Source of the DNA: an uncultured Acidobacteriaceae bacterium
GTDB taxonomy: Bacteria; Acidobacteriota; Terriglobia; Terriglobales; Acidobacteriaceae
Direction: 5' to 3'
Assembly (NCBI GenBank): GCA_963712035.1
Contig: CAVQGL010000004.1
Coordinates: forward strand, 458-64,457
Length of the DNA stretch: 64,000 nucleotides
The notes under the pieces are model-generated. The model did not search any database and was not told the DNA's origin. It saw only the letters and a program-made list of their open reading frames with translations. Positions 9,991-21,735 of the stretch are shown one piece after another (the first letter of the stretch is position 1; the number at the start of each line of letters is the position of its first letter). Both the position numbers and the translations under genes were made by a program.

Positions 9991-10200
9991 CAGAACTTCT
10001 CGCTGCCGCCAAAGTGCGCCGCGTCGATCATGAAAAAAGTCTATCAGGATATGACGCCGGATTGAATTATGTGTTGCAGCAGTGTTGACGCAAGCGCGGC
10101 GTTCCGACTGCGGTCATCCACGAAGCGACGGCGATTGCACCGGCAGGCCGCCTATGATACCGTCGCCATGATTCGTGCTTTCGCGCGCAGGGGGATGCCT

Positions 10201-10752
10201 ATGGCGGGCTGGATTATTCTCGGCGTTCTGGTGGTGATCGGCTTCGTGCTGATCGGGATGTACAACAGCCTGGTGCAGTTGCGCGTGCGCTGCGACTCGG
10301 CTTGGTCCGATATTGACGTGCAGCTAAAACGGCGGCACGATTTGATTCCTAACCTGGTCGAGACCGTGAAAGGCTACGCCGGGCATGAAAAGGGCACGTT
10401 CGAGGATATTGCCAAATTCCGCTCCCAGGCTATGCAGGCTACTTCGCCGGCCGACAAAGCGGTAGCCGAAAATCAGCTCACGGGCGCGCTCAAGAGTCTG
10501 TTTGCGGTCGCGGAGAATTACCCGGAGCTGAAAGCCTCGGAAGAATTCACGCAGCTACAAGGTTCCCTGAACCAGACAGAAGATACGATTCAAAATGCGC
10601 GCCGCTACTACAACGCGGTGGTGCGTGATTTGAATACCAAAATTCAATCGTTCCCCACAAATATCATCGCGGGCATGTTCGGCTTCCAGCAACGGCAGTT
10701 CTTTGAGGTTAGCGATGCCGCCGACCGCGAACCAGTGGCCGTGAAGTTCTAG
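10201..10752 (+). CDS. lemA: LemA family protein
   Basis: N-terminal TM segment (WIILGVLVVIGFVLIGM) then YNSLVQLRVRCDSAWSDIDVQLKRRHDLIPNLVETVKGYAGHE...ENYPELKASEEF...NARRYYN. AGGGGG lies upstream of the ATG at 10201. Confidence 0.9.
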   Translation: MAGWIILGVLVVIGFVLIGMYNSLVQLRVRCDSAWSDIDVQLKRRHDLIPNLVETVKGYAGHEKGTFEDIAKFRSQAMQATSPADKAVAENQLTGALKSLFAVAENYPELKASEEFTQLQGSLNQTEDTIQNARRYYNAVVRDLNTKIQSFPTNIIAGMFGFQQRQFFEVSDAADREPVAVKF

Positions 10753-10763
10753 AACGGACTTGC

Positions 10764-12557
10764 TTGACGCCTCCCTTTACTCCCGTAGAGACGTTGTTTG
10801 CAACGTCTCGGCCGAAACGCAGTCAGCTAAGACTCAGTAAGCTGTGTCTCTACCTGGCTTTCTTTCTGGCCTTGTCTTCTGCCGCCTTCGCCAGCAGCTG
10901 GCGAGTCGCCGACTTCAATGACACCGTCTCCATCGCAAACAACGGCGCCACCACGGTGCAGGAACGTATCACGCTGGTGTTCGTCGGCGAGTGGCACGGC
11001 ATCCATCGCACCATTCCAGTGGAATATCCAGGGCCGCGCGGCGCCAACTACACGCTGTTCTTGAATGTCACCAGCGTCACCGATGACAATGGCAACAAAT
11101 TGAAATATGAGTCCTCCACCGCGAATGGCTTTCGCGATCTCAAAATCTATATTCCCGGCGCAGTCGACACTACCCGCACCGTGGAAATTAACTACACACT
11201 GCGTAACGCCGTCCGATTTTTTGACGACTACGACGAGTTCTACTGGAATGTAACCGGCAACGACTGGCCGGTTCCGATCGATCATGCCAGCGCCTTCGTC
11301 GCGCTTCCCATTTCCGCCGCCGGGTCACTGCGGGCACAGGCTTTTACCGGAGTCTATGGCTCCGTGGAGCACGACGCCACCGTCGAAGTTAGCGGCGACA
11401 ATGTCACCTCGGAAACCAACAACCCGCTTCCCATGCGCGGCGGACTCACGATTGATGTTTTTATTCCCAAAGGCATCCTGGAAAAGCCCAGCTCATTTAC
11501 CTTGCTATTGTGGTTTCTCGGAAGCAACCCTGTCGTGTTTCTTCCGTTCGCCACCTTGGCCGTGATGTTTGCGCTGTGGGGGCTCAAGGGACGCGACCCC
11601 GATCCTGGACTTTCCGTCGCGCCCATGTACGAACCTCCAGCCGGCATGACTCCCGCGGAAACCGGCGCTCTGCTGGAAGACCAAGTCCATCCTCGTGACA
11701 TTACCTCCACGCTCGTTGATCTTGCGGTGCGCGGCTACGTGAAAATAGAAGAGGTAGATGACAAGGGCCTGATCTTTCACCACAGGGATTACGTTTTTCA
11801 TTTGCTGAAGCCACAGGCCCAATGGGTGGGCCTCGCGCCGCATGAACTGGTGATGCTGCAGAACGTTTTCGGCGACGGACAGCAGACTCGGCTTTCCAGC
11901 CTGAAGAACCGCTTCTACACTGCCATTCCCGTCATTCGCCAAGACATCATGGCAGCGCTGCGCAACAAGAATATGTACACGCTGGACCCGGATTCGGCCA
12001 ACGCTTTCAGCATAGTGGCGGCCGTCGCGATTGGGCTCGCGTTTGTCGGCTTGCAAGTCTTGGGGTGGGCAAATTTCCTTAGTTCGGTGCCTCTACTGCT
12101 GATCAGCGTGGCAATCTCAGCGCTAATCTGGTGGCTGTTTGCGCGCAAGATGACGGCTAAAACTACCAATGGCGCTCGCACCTGGATCGCCGTTCTGGGA
12201 TTTCAAGAGTTCATGAACCGCGTGGACGCCGACCGCCTCAAAAAAATGCCTCCCGACACGTTCGAGAAGTTCTTGCCTTACGCCATGGCGCTCGGCGTAG
12301 AGCACCACTGGGCACAGGCCTTTGCCGGGATCGTCAAGGATCCTCCAAGTTGGTATGCCGGGAGTGGCCCGTACACCGGATTCAATCCGATCTTCTTTTC
12401 CGCTTCGATGCACAGCATGGCCACCGACATGCACCAAGTCTTTGTCTCGGCGCCCCGCGCCAGCTCCACCGGATCAGGATGGGGCGGAGGCGGAGGCTTC
12501 GGCGGTGGCGGCTTCTCCGGTGGAGGATTCGGTGGCGGCGGCGGCGGAGCATTTTAG
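10764..12557 (+). CDS. DUF2207-type membrane protein (usual LemA neighbour) with Gly-rich C-terminal tail
   Basis: Signal/TM segment, a large extracytoplasmic domain, three to four TM helices, and a GGGGGFGGGGFSGGGFGGGGGGAF terminus. It starts 12 nt after lemA at a TTG codon. Confidence 0.8.
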   Translation: MTPPFTPVETLFATSRPKRSQLRLSKLCLYLAFFLALSSAAFASSWRVADFNDTVSIANNGATTVQERITLVFVGEWHGIHRTIPVEYPGPRGANYTLFLNVTSVTDDNGNKLKYESSTANGFRDLKIYIPGAVDTTRTVEINYTLRNAVRFFDDYDEFYWNVTGNDWPVPIDHASAFVALPISAAGSLRAQAFTGVYGSVEHDATVEVSGDNVTSETNNPLPMRGGLTIDVFIPKGILEKPSSFTLLLWFLGSNPVVFLPFATLAVMFALWGLKGRDPDPGLSVAPMYEPPAGMTPAETGALLEDQVHPRDITSTLVDLAVRGYVKIEEVDDKGLIFHHRDYVFHLLKPQAQWVGLAPHELVMLQNVFGDGQQTRLSSLKNRFYTAIPVIRQDIMAALRNKNMYTLDPDSANAFSIVAAVAIGLAFVGLQVLGWANFLSSVPLLLISVAISALIWWLFARKMTAKTTNGARTWIAVLGFQEFMNRVDADRLKKMPPDTFEKFLPYAMALGVEHHWAQAFAGIVKDPPSWYAGSGPYTGFNPIFFSASMHSMATDMHQVFVSAPRASSTGSGWGGGGGFGGGGFSGGGFGGGGGGAF

Positions 12558-12820
12558 AGTTCCTTAAATTCTTGTGAATTCGTATCCGGAATCCGCACAT
12601 TCAACCAACCAAATGCCCCAGACTCTGAATTGGACTCCGCGCCTTATCTCTTCTCTTACTTGAAGGCGCGAAACCCCCTGCGCCATCCCTACGACCCTGC
12701 CGCCAGGTAAATACAACCTTCGCGATCCCGAACTAAGCCGAGGCCTTACCCTGCGATAAGCCCAAGAAAGTCGTCACCTCCCCGGGTGCGACTAATGTCG
12801 CCGAGCCGAACCGCCGATAA

Positions 12821-13081
12821 CGTCAGTTCCAGCCACATTCACGAGCCGCCAATGCATACGGGTTAACCGGTTTCAATGGCGGAATTCCGATTTATCGAGG
12901 CACGCTGCAGGCAGTCATTCTTTACTACAAACTTAATCCCTCGGTGACGTTCGCGTTTGGACAGTCGCGCTACGGAACCCGCATGCTGCCTGAAGTTGGA
13001 GCGCTGTACGACATCGCCGGCAAGCCTTCCCGGGTCTGGCAGGACCAACGCACCGAATTTGAACCGATCGTCAGCTTTTAA
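12821..13081 (+). pseudogene. Remnant of an outer-membrane beta-barrel gene (C-terminal about 85 codons, no start codon)
   Basis: Frame 2 is open only from 12821. It reads ...GTLQAVILYYKLNPSVTFAFGQSRYG...QRTEFEPIVSF-stop, with alternating hydrophobic residues and a terminal Phe as in OMP C-terminal signatures. The upstream sequence is out of frame. Confidence 0.3.
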
Positions 13082-13237
13082 AAACTGGTTGGGAACGACA
13101 TCGCCAACCTTGACGCTTGATCACCCGATCAAGCCAATGGAAACTCACTCCGAAAGTGGCTCTCGGCACGGCAAAGCGGAAAATCCTAACGTCAGACTCA
13201 AGAAGAGTCCGACGCGCCCTAGCGGTTCAAATCTCTG

Positions 13238-13253
13238 GATTTCCATGGAAATC
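13238..13253. promoter_or_regulatory. Perfect 16-bp palindrome upstream of thiC (possible operator)
   Basis: GATTTCCATGGAAATC, 115 nt upstream of the thiC ATG. Confidence 0.25.
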
Positions 13254-13328
13254 GAAATCAGCGGCCCCAAACTGCCCAAAACTGACAGATGTCCTCGGAA
13301 AGCATCGTTCCAAACTCGCGGGTTATAA

Positions 13329-14831
<1,503 letters not shown>

Positions 14832-14844
14832 GAGATTTTCGCAG

Positions 14845-14909
14845 CCCCGGACGCCCTCGTCCGGGGGCGGCGTCCCAAATGCTGACCGGGCGGACTAGGG
14901 CGTCCGCCC
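14845..14909. terminator. Two GC-rich hairpins between convergent thiC and the M28 peptidase gene
   Basis: CCCCGGAC-gccctc-GTCCGGGG (14845-14866) and GGGCGGAC-tagggc-GTCCGCCC (14888-14909). Neither has a clear T-tract. They resemble the hairpin at 36411-36430. Confidence 0.4.
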
Positions 14910-14920
14910 CTACGCGGTGT

Positions 14921-17083
14921 TCACCGCGCCGCTTCCAGAATCTTCGCCGCTCTATTCAATGCCGCCACCAACTCCGCTATCTGTTGCTTCGCTCGCTCCA
15001 GGTCGTGATGATCAATGGCTTCATTCACGCCGGGAATCATAACCGCGGCATACCCCGTATACATTCCCGGAGCGTAGATGGAATGCGTATACCAGGGCCG
15101 GTCGGGAAGGCCCCCGGGAATCAGCAAAGCTCGCTCCGCCTCGCGCAACCCCTGATTCAACTTACCCAGATCGTCGGATCGCTTTTCCTGGCGAGAAAGA
15201 ATTTTTTCCCCGGCTTGCTCAAAATGCTTAGCCGCTCCCATCGCATCGGCGAAGCTGGGCGATTGCGCGCCAAATTCCGCGTCAGCTCTTTTCTTCACAG
15301 CATCAACATAGACTTCGATTTCTCTTCCGTATTCTTCGTAATCGAAAGGGAGCACATCGGCATCCGCCATCCGAAGCGCTTCCAAGCCAAACACTCGCGC
15401 CATTTGTTGCTCGTAAACGAAGGTTGGATCGGCAAACTTGGTAAACCAAGCAAAGTTGTCGAAGGCGGAGTGATAAACGCCGTACGGGCCGCCGGAGCCA
15501 ATGTCCGTCGCAGGCACACCGAGGTGCTGCAAGAACGGAGTGTAATCCGAACCGCTGCCTAAATCGCCGACAGGAACATCGGCTTTGGTTTGCGCCACGG
15601 GCGGATCCGCGACATCGGTATGGTGGCGCTTCGCTGGATCCGCCGCCTGTGTGTCTTTCTGCCACGCGTCATAAACCGTCCCACCTTGTGGGCTAGGAAC
15701 GGATTTGGTCACGTCTCGCAGGAATTGCTTCAGGCTCGGCACCGAAGACGACCCAAACTTCGGCCCTGCCACCCCCACATCCATATTCAGATAAACAGTG
15801 GCATTGCCGAGTTCCGCCGCGTACTGTTCCGCCCATTCCGTCGAACCTACCAGGCCTTCCTCTTCTCCATCCCAACTGGCAAAGACGATGGTCCGCTTTG
15901 GCTTCCATCCCGTCTTCAACAATTCGCCCACGCCGTGCACCGATTCCAGCATTGCCGCCGTCCCGCTGTTAGGATCGACCGCACCGTATACCCACGCGTC
16001 CCGGTGATTTCCCGCAACCACCCATTCGTTGGGCGACTCGCTGCCATGCACGCGGCCGATCACATCCCAAATCGTGCGGTACTGGTAGTCCTGTTTGACG
16101 TGCAGGTGCACCTTCACCGGACCGGGTCCAAGGTGATATGTGAAGGGCAAGGATCCCTGCCATTCGCGCGGCGAATCCGGGCCACTCAGATGATCCAGGA
16201 TAGGCGCCGCGTCAGCATACGACAGCGGATTTGAAGGAATCTTCGGCAACGCCTTCGATTGCTCCGGCGGCGTGCGCTGCGATTGCGGCAGATCAGGCAC
16301 CGAAGCAATTCCCGGCGTGGTCGGGTCGCCGGGAAACTCCGGCAGCAAGCCTACCGATCCCCTCTGTACCCCGGTATCTGGACGCCACGGACCTTGCGGA
16401 TACTTGTCGCCTTGCCGCCAGCCGTCGTCGTACGGATCGGAGTAGATAAGCACTCCCGCAGCGCCGCGCTCCTGCGCCAGCAGAACTTTTATCCCGCGAA
16501 AATTCCCGCCGTAGCGCATGATCACAATCTTTCCACGCACATCGATCTTCATGTCGGCGAGTTTTTTGAAATCCTCAGTCGTGCCATAGTTGGCGTACAC
16601 CACTTCAGCTTCCACATCTCCCGAAGGAGATTCCCCGTTAAATGGCATAACCACGCGCGGGTCGTCCTGGAAGGGATCGCCTTGGACGTGCTCGCGTGTC
16701 GGGCCGTGCATGGTGACACCCGGCGGAGCCGTGACATCTACGCTGATCTCGGCGGGATAATTCATCCAGACTTTGTATTCGACAATTTCGGTGTCCAGGC
16801 CGGCGTCACGGAATTTCTGGGCGACGTAGTCTGCTGTGGCTTTGTCCTCGGGCGTGCCCGCCATGTGCGGAGCCTGGGTCAGGATGCGCAGATGTTCCCC
16901 GGCCAGTTTGGCGTTCGGCACGGATAGAAAGCGGGACTCGATGAAGTTCTCAGCGGCGGAATCCCGAAACCCGAAAATGGGCTGCGACGAGACGGCAGTT
17001 TCCGGCGCGGCGCCTCCGACCCTAGGCGAAAATGAGAAAACAATAACAGCACAACCAAGCGCCGCAGCCAAAGCGAATTTCAT
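14921..17083 (-). CDS. M28 family peptidase, glutamate carboxypeptidase II / transferrin-receptor-like
   Basis: 720 aa. Signal peptide, PA-domain region, M28 core (FASWDGEEEGLVGSTEW, GSGSDYTPF) and a C-terminal TfR-like dimerisation helix region. Confidence 0.85.
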   Translation of the reverse strand: MKFALAAALGCAVIVFSFSPRVGGAAPETAVSSQPIFGFRDSAAENFIESRFLSVPNAKLAGEHLRILTQAPHMAGTPEDKATADYVAQKFRDAGLDTEIVEYKVWMNYPAEISVDVTAPPGVTMHGPTREHVQGDPFQDDPRVVMPFNGESPSGDVEAEVVYANYGTTEDFKKLADMKIDVRGKIVIMRYGGNFRGIKVLLAQERGAAGVLIYSDPYDDGWRQGDKYPQGPWRPDTGVQRGSVGLLPEFPGDPTTPGIASVPDLPQSQRTPPEQSKALPKIPSNPLSYADAAPILDHLSGPDSPREWQGSLPFTYHLGPGPVKVHLHVKQDYQYRTIWDVIGRVHGSESPNEWVVAGNHRDAWVYGAVDPNSGTAAMLESVHGVGELLKTGWKPKRTIVFASWDGEEEGLVGSTEWAEQYAAELGNATVYLNMDVGVAGPKFGSSSVPSLKQFLRDVTKSVPSPQGGTVYDAWQKDTQAADPAKRHHTDVADPPVAQTKADVPVGDLGSGSDYTPFLQHLGVPATDIGSGGPYGVYHSAFDNFAWFTKFADPTFVYEQQMARVFGLEALRMADADVLPFDYEEYGREIEVYVDAVKKRADAEFGAQSPSFADAMGAAKHFEQAGEKILSRQEKRSDDLGKLNQGLREAERALLIPGGLPDRPWYTHSIYAPGMYTGYAAVMIPGVNEAIDHHDLERAKQQIAELVAALNRAAKILEAAR

Positions 17084-17248
17084 GAAACTCCTGGGTCAAA
17101 GGACCTGGGGGAATGAGCTCGGGGGAACAAATAAGTTATCACAATGCCCGTCCGCAGTTTACTCCCTGTACTCAATGCCCTCTGTGGGCAGAACTTAGCA
17201 GAAATAACCATCTTCACCGATTTCACCAGTTGGTGCTATGATGGGTCA

Positions 17249-17503
17249 ATGAAGCGAGCGACCATGACCCTTCCCGACGACCTGGCGGACGCAGTAGAAA
17301 ACTACCAGCAGGCACAGGAAGCTCCACCCACGCTGACCACCGTCGTGCAAGCGGCGCTCCGGCAATACCTGGCCGAGCGTGGATTTCTTCGCGTGCGGCG
17401 CAGCTTGCAGATCACGCCCGCAAAGAAAGGCAGCGGCCATCGCGACGTGAGCCAGGAGCACGACCGCTACCTTGCCGGAATTCGACCGAGCACGCAAAGA
17501 TGA
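17249..17503 (+). CDS. vapB: Antitoxin, ribbon-helix-helix type (VapB-like)
   Basis: 84 aa; MKRATMTLPDDLADAVENY... Its stop overlaps the start of the PIN gene (ATGA at 17500-17503). Confidence 0.65.
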   Translation: MKRATMTLPDDLADAVENYQQAQEAPPTLTTVVQAALRQYLAERGFLRVRRSLQITPAKKGSGHRDVSQEHDRYLAGIRPSTQR

Positions 17504-17901
17504 AGAGGCGGGCCGTGCTGGCGGACACCGGACCGCTGTTCGCTGCTGCCGACCCCGACGACGCCTATCACAAACGCGCCCATCTAGAGCTACAAAGACT
17601 GGCGCGCGAGCAATATGAAGTAATGGTTGCTTATCCCACTCTGCTGGAAGCTTACACGCTTGTGCTGTTTCGCCTCGGCCGCAATGCTGCTTCGCACTGG
17701 CTAAGTGACATGGCGAGTGCAGCCCTCCTCAATCCGAATGCCGAAGACTACCGGCAGGCTAGCAGTCGGGTGCAGTCGTTGGCCGACCAGCCCATCACAT
17801 TATTCGACGCGACCGTGGCAGCGTTGGCCGCGCGCTTGGGCTTGGAGGTGTGGACTTACGACCATCATTTCGATCTGATGCGGGTGGGAGTATGGCGCTA
17901 A
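17500..17901 (+). CDS. vapC: PIN-domain toxin VapC
   Basis: 133 aa with acidic PIN residues (VLADTGPL..., LLEAY, FDATVAALA, TYDHHF). Confidence 0.8.
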   Translation: MKRRAVLADTGPLFAAADPDDAYHKRAHLELQRLAREQYEVMVAYPTLLEAYTLVLFRLGRNAASHWLSDMASAALLNPNAEDYRQASSRVQSLADQPITLFDATVAALAARLGLEVWTYDHHFDLMRVGVWR

Positions 17902-17905
17902 GTTC

Positions 17906-19577
17906 TTATCGTTCGCCCGGAATCGGCGGTGGCTCCGGTTCGGCCGAGCCGTCGGCGCGGGCATCCGAGCCGCCGTAGTTCACTCCAGTTTTGGAATCAT
18001 GCAGCACGGCTTGGCCGCGTCCCATGCGGGTGGAATAATCGCGTTGAACTTCAAATTGGTGCCCCATCGTCGAAAGCTTCCGCAAGACTTCTGGCTTGAC
18101 CCGCGATTCAATCAAAATATCGCACTGTCCCTTCCCGCTGACCGTGAAGCGGGCGTTTTCCAGTGCCTCTTGGACGTTCATCCCGTAGTCCACGAAGTTT
18201 GAAACAAATTGCGCATGGGCGAGCGGCTGATTTGCGCCTCCCATGATGCCAAATCCGATGTGCCGATTACCGCGCTCCATAAAAGCCGGAATGATGGTGT
18301 GAAACGGCCGCTTGCGTGGCGCCAGAACATTCGGCGACGCGGGATCGAGCGAAAACAGTCCGCCGCGATTCTGCAAAACGAATCCCATCCCTCGCACCGT
18401 GACGCCTGATCCGAAGGCGCTGTAGTTGCTCTGGATGAGCGACACAATGTTGCCCTCCTGATCCACCGCCGAAAGATAAGTGGTGTCGCTGGCGGGCGTG
18501 CCGTAGGAAACATTGCAGTTCGCTTTCTCGAGATTGATCAGCTTCGCGCGTTGTTGCGCGTAATCCTTCGACAGTAAACCCTTCACCGGAATCTTCGCGA
18601 AGCGCGGGTCTGCATCGTAACGATAAACATCCGCGTAAGCCAGCTTCATGGCTTCAATCTTTTTGTGCAACTCAGCAACGCTCAAAGGCCCATCCGGCGA
18701 GGCCGGCATCGTCTCCATAATGTTCAGCATTTCTAAAGCGGCCATGCCCTGGCCATTCGGCGGAAGCTCATAAACAGTCCATCCCCGATAAGTGGTCGAG
18801 ACCGGTTGCACCCACTCCGGAACAAACGCCGCCAAGTCATCGGGCGACATGGTGCCGCCCAAACCCGCCGACGTTTCCAGAATCGCTCGCGAGATTTCGC
18901 CTTTGTAGAACGCGCTCGGTCCATCGTCCGCGACCAGACGCAAAGCCTTGGCTAATTCAGGATTCCGAAAAACGTCACCGAGTGCGGGAGGATGGCCTTG
19001 TGGCAAATAAACTTTCCGCCCTTCGGCGTCATTCGCGAACTCAAGCGCCGCTGCCTGAAAATAGGCGCCGATAAATTCCGGAACGGCGATAACCGTTCTC
19101 CGCGTAAAAGATGGCCGGCTGAAAGAGATCCTTCCAGGGAAGGTGCCCGAAGCGCTGATGAAGAGCGCTCCACCCGGCGACCGCGCCCGGCACCGTAACT
19201 GAGTCAATGCCCGATTGCGGCATGACGGTCACGCCCTTTGCCCGCAGATGCTCGACCGTTAGTCCCTTCGGAGCCCACCCACTGGAATTCAGGCCGTAAA
19301 GTTTGCCGGTCTTGGCGTCCCAATAGATGGCAAAAAGATCGCCGCCCATGCCGTTCATCATGGGCTCGGCCACGCCCAGCACGGCATTCGCCGCAATCGC
19401 CGCGTCCACGGCCGATCCCCCATGCGCCAGAATTTGTGCTCCAGCCACTGAAGCTTGCGTGTAACTGGTCGCCACAATGCCGTACCGGCTCACCGTCATG
19501 GAGCGGGCGCTGGAACGGTCCTGAGCGATGAGCAGCGAAGAGGAGAAGAGAAATGCCAGAAGAAGATTGATTCGCAT
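17906..19577 (-). pseudogene. ggt: Gamma-glutamyltransferase, one frameshift near 19090 as sequenced
   Basis: N-terminal ORF 19041-19577: signal peptide, GGSAVDAAIA, MMNGMGGD. C-terminal ORF 17906-19207: PPNGQG, the autoprocessing DTTYLSAVD, MGGANQP. The junction is AIFYAENG / IAVPEFIGAYF. Confidence 0.85.
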
Positions 19578-19592
19578 GGAATCCCCTTGCGG

Positions 19593-20855
19593 CTAGGTTC
19601 GAATTTGCCCTGTACCGACAATTTCGTACTTCGTCGATGTCAGTTCTTCCACGGCGAACGGCCCGCGGCAGTGCAGCTTTTGGGTACTGATGCCCATCTC
19701 CGCTCCCATACCAAACTCGCCGCCATCGGTAAAACGGGTCGAGGCGTTCCAATACACAGCGGCGGAATCCACCAGGCGCAGAAATTGACGCGCATGATTT
19801 TCGTCGCGAGTGACGATGGAATCCGAATGCTTAGTCGAATGCCGGTTAATGTGGGCGATGGCTTCCTCGACATCGGGAACTACGCGGACCGCCATGCACA
19901 ACCGGGAATACTCTTCGTCCCAATCCTGAGATTCGGCGGGAAGAACCTCCAAACCGGACGCCAGGCGCTGCGTTTCGTTGTCGCCGCGAGTCTCCACTCC
20001 GGCCTCAATCAGTTTCTTCACAATTCGAGGAACATAGTCGCGTGCAATTCGTTCATGCACCAGCAGTTTTTCCGCCGCATTGCAGACCGAAGGCCGCTGC
20101 GTCTTCGCGTTGATGACGATGCTGTCAGCCATATCGAGATCGGCAGAGTCATCTACGAAGATGTGACAATTCCCTGCTCCGGTTTCAATCACGGGCACCA
20201 AGGAATTCTCCAGCACAAAAGAAATTAACTGCGCGCCTCCCCGGGGAATAATCACATCCACCAGACCGCGTGCGTTGATCAACTCCCGCACCGAATCGCG
20301 CGTGCTGGAATCCAGCAGTTCGATGGAGCCTTCAGGCACGCCCGGCACGGCCGCGAGAATCTCCACGATCCGCCGATTACTGCGAGCCGCTTCCTTCCCT
20401 CCGCGCAGCACAATCGCGTTGCCAGTCTTCAGGGTGAGAGCCACCGTATCCGCAGTGACGTTCGGCCGCGATTCGTAGATAATTCCGACCACGCCCAGCG
20501 GCACTCGCACCTTGCGAATCCGCAAGCCATTGGGCCGAGTCCACTCCGCCACCGTCTGACCGACGGGATCGGCCAGCCTGGCCACTTCGCGAATCCCGTC
20601 CGCCATTTCTTTGACCCGTGGGCCATTCAGCAAGAGCCGGTCGCGCATCGAACCGGTCAGCCCGCACGTTTCCAGATCCTCGCGGTTGGCTTCGAGGATA
20701 CCTTTCTCGCTGGCGAGTAGCGCGTCCGCCATCGCCAGCAAGATGGTATTTTTCTGGGCGGTGGAAAGCTGCGCCAGGCGGGCTGCGGCGTCGCGCGCGC
20801 GTAACAACTTATCGTGCGTCGAGGACACGGTGGTCAGCGTGCTGGACATAATCAA
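19593..20855 (-). CDS. proA: Gamma-glutamyl phosphate reductase
   Basis: 420 aa. VPLGVVGIIYESRPNVT, GNAIVLRGGKEA, CNAAEKLLVH. Confidence 0.95.
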   Translation of the reverse strand: MIMSSTLTTVSSTHDKLLRARDAAARLAQLSTAQKNTILLAMADALLASEKGILEANREDLETCGLTGSMRDRLLLNGPRVKEMADGIREVARLADPVGQTVAEWTRPNGLRIRKVRVPLGVVGIIYESRPNVTADTVALTLKTGNAIVLRGGKEAARSNRRIVEILAAVPGVPEGSIELLDSSTRDSVRELINARGLVDVIIPRGGAQLISFVLENSLVPVIETGAGNCHIFVDDSADLDMADSIVINAKTQRPSVCNAAEKLLVHERIARDYVPRIVKKLIEAGVETRGDNETQRLASGLEVLPAESQDWDEEYSRLCMAVRVVPDVEEAIAHINRHSTKHSDSIVTRDENHARQFLRLVDSAAVYWNASTRFTDGGEFGMGAEMGISTQKLHCRGPFAVEELTSTKYEIVGTGQIRT

Positions 20856-20861
20856 TTCGTC

Positions 20862-21602
20862 CTATGCCGGCGGAAAATAAGTTCCAATCTTGCGCTCGAG
20901 AGCCCAGGCCAGGGCGTGCTCATGACGCCCATTCACAATGGCGACGTGCACTCCCGATTCGCTGGCCGTCTTCGCCGCGCGTAGCTTGGAACGCATGCCA
21001 CCGCGTCCCAGTTTGCTGTGCCCGTTGCAGAGCGCTTCCATCTCCGGAGTGAGCTTGCGGATGGTGCGCACCAGCCTCGGGCGCACTCCATTGGGAGCGA
21101 AAAAGCCGTCCACATCGGTAAGCAACAGCAGCCAGTCGGCCTGCACCGCGGTGGCCACCAGGCCGCTCAGTTCATCATTGTCGCCGAATGCGCCTTCCAA
21201 CTCGCGAACCGAGACGCTGTCATTCTCGTTGACCACCGGCACCACGCCAAGCTTCAAAAGTTGACGCAATGTGTTCTGCAAATTCTTGTACCGGATGGGT
21301 GAAGTGAAGTCGTCACTCGAAAGCAGTAGCTGGGCCACCAGTTTCTTACCGAAAAATAGCCGCTCGTAGGTGCGCATCAACACGCTCTGCCCGACTGCGG
21401 CGCAGGCCTGCATGAGCGGTACTTTAGTCGGCTTCTCGCGGATCCCGAGATTCAACATGCCGGCAGCAATTGCGCCCGAGGACACAATCAGATATTCATG
21501 CTTCGAAAGATCCAACTGATCCACCAGCGCTCGCATGTGGCTGGTGTCAATATAGCCGGCGGGCGCAATCAGGCTAGTTCCGACTTTGACGACGAGGCGC
21601 AT
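20862..21602 (-). CDS. proB: Glutamate 5-kinase (short form without PUA domain)
   Basis: 246 aa. VVKVGTSLI, IVSSGAIAAG, PVVNENDSV, FGDNDELS. It lies 6 nt upstream of proA. Confidence 0.9.
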   Translation of the reverse strand: MRLVVKVGTSLIAPAGYIDTSHMRALVDQLDLSKHEYLIVSSGAIAAGMLNLGIREKPTKVPLMQACAAVGQSVLMRTYERLFFGKKLVAQLLLSSDDFTSPIRYKNLQNTLRQLLKLGVVPVVNENDSVSVRELEGAFGDNDELSGLVATAVQADWLLLLTDVDGFFAPNGVRPRLVRTIRKLTPEMEALCNGHSKLGRGGMRSKLRAAKTASESGVHVAIVNGRHEHALAWALERKIGTYFPPA

Positions 21603-21735
21603 AATATCTCTAATTTAGCAGTTCCAGCTGGAATCGGCACAGTGTGCTGATGATCGTCTGATGCCGGGGACATCACCTTCTCCCTTGTGATCTTGAGAGA
21701 AGTGGTTCGCCCGTCAGGCCTAGTAAACTGCATCC

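Noticed and set aside
13215-13235. tRNA-like T-loop string GGTTCAAATC
   Set aside because: The flanking bases do not form a T-stem, and no acceptor or anticodon arms can be drawn.
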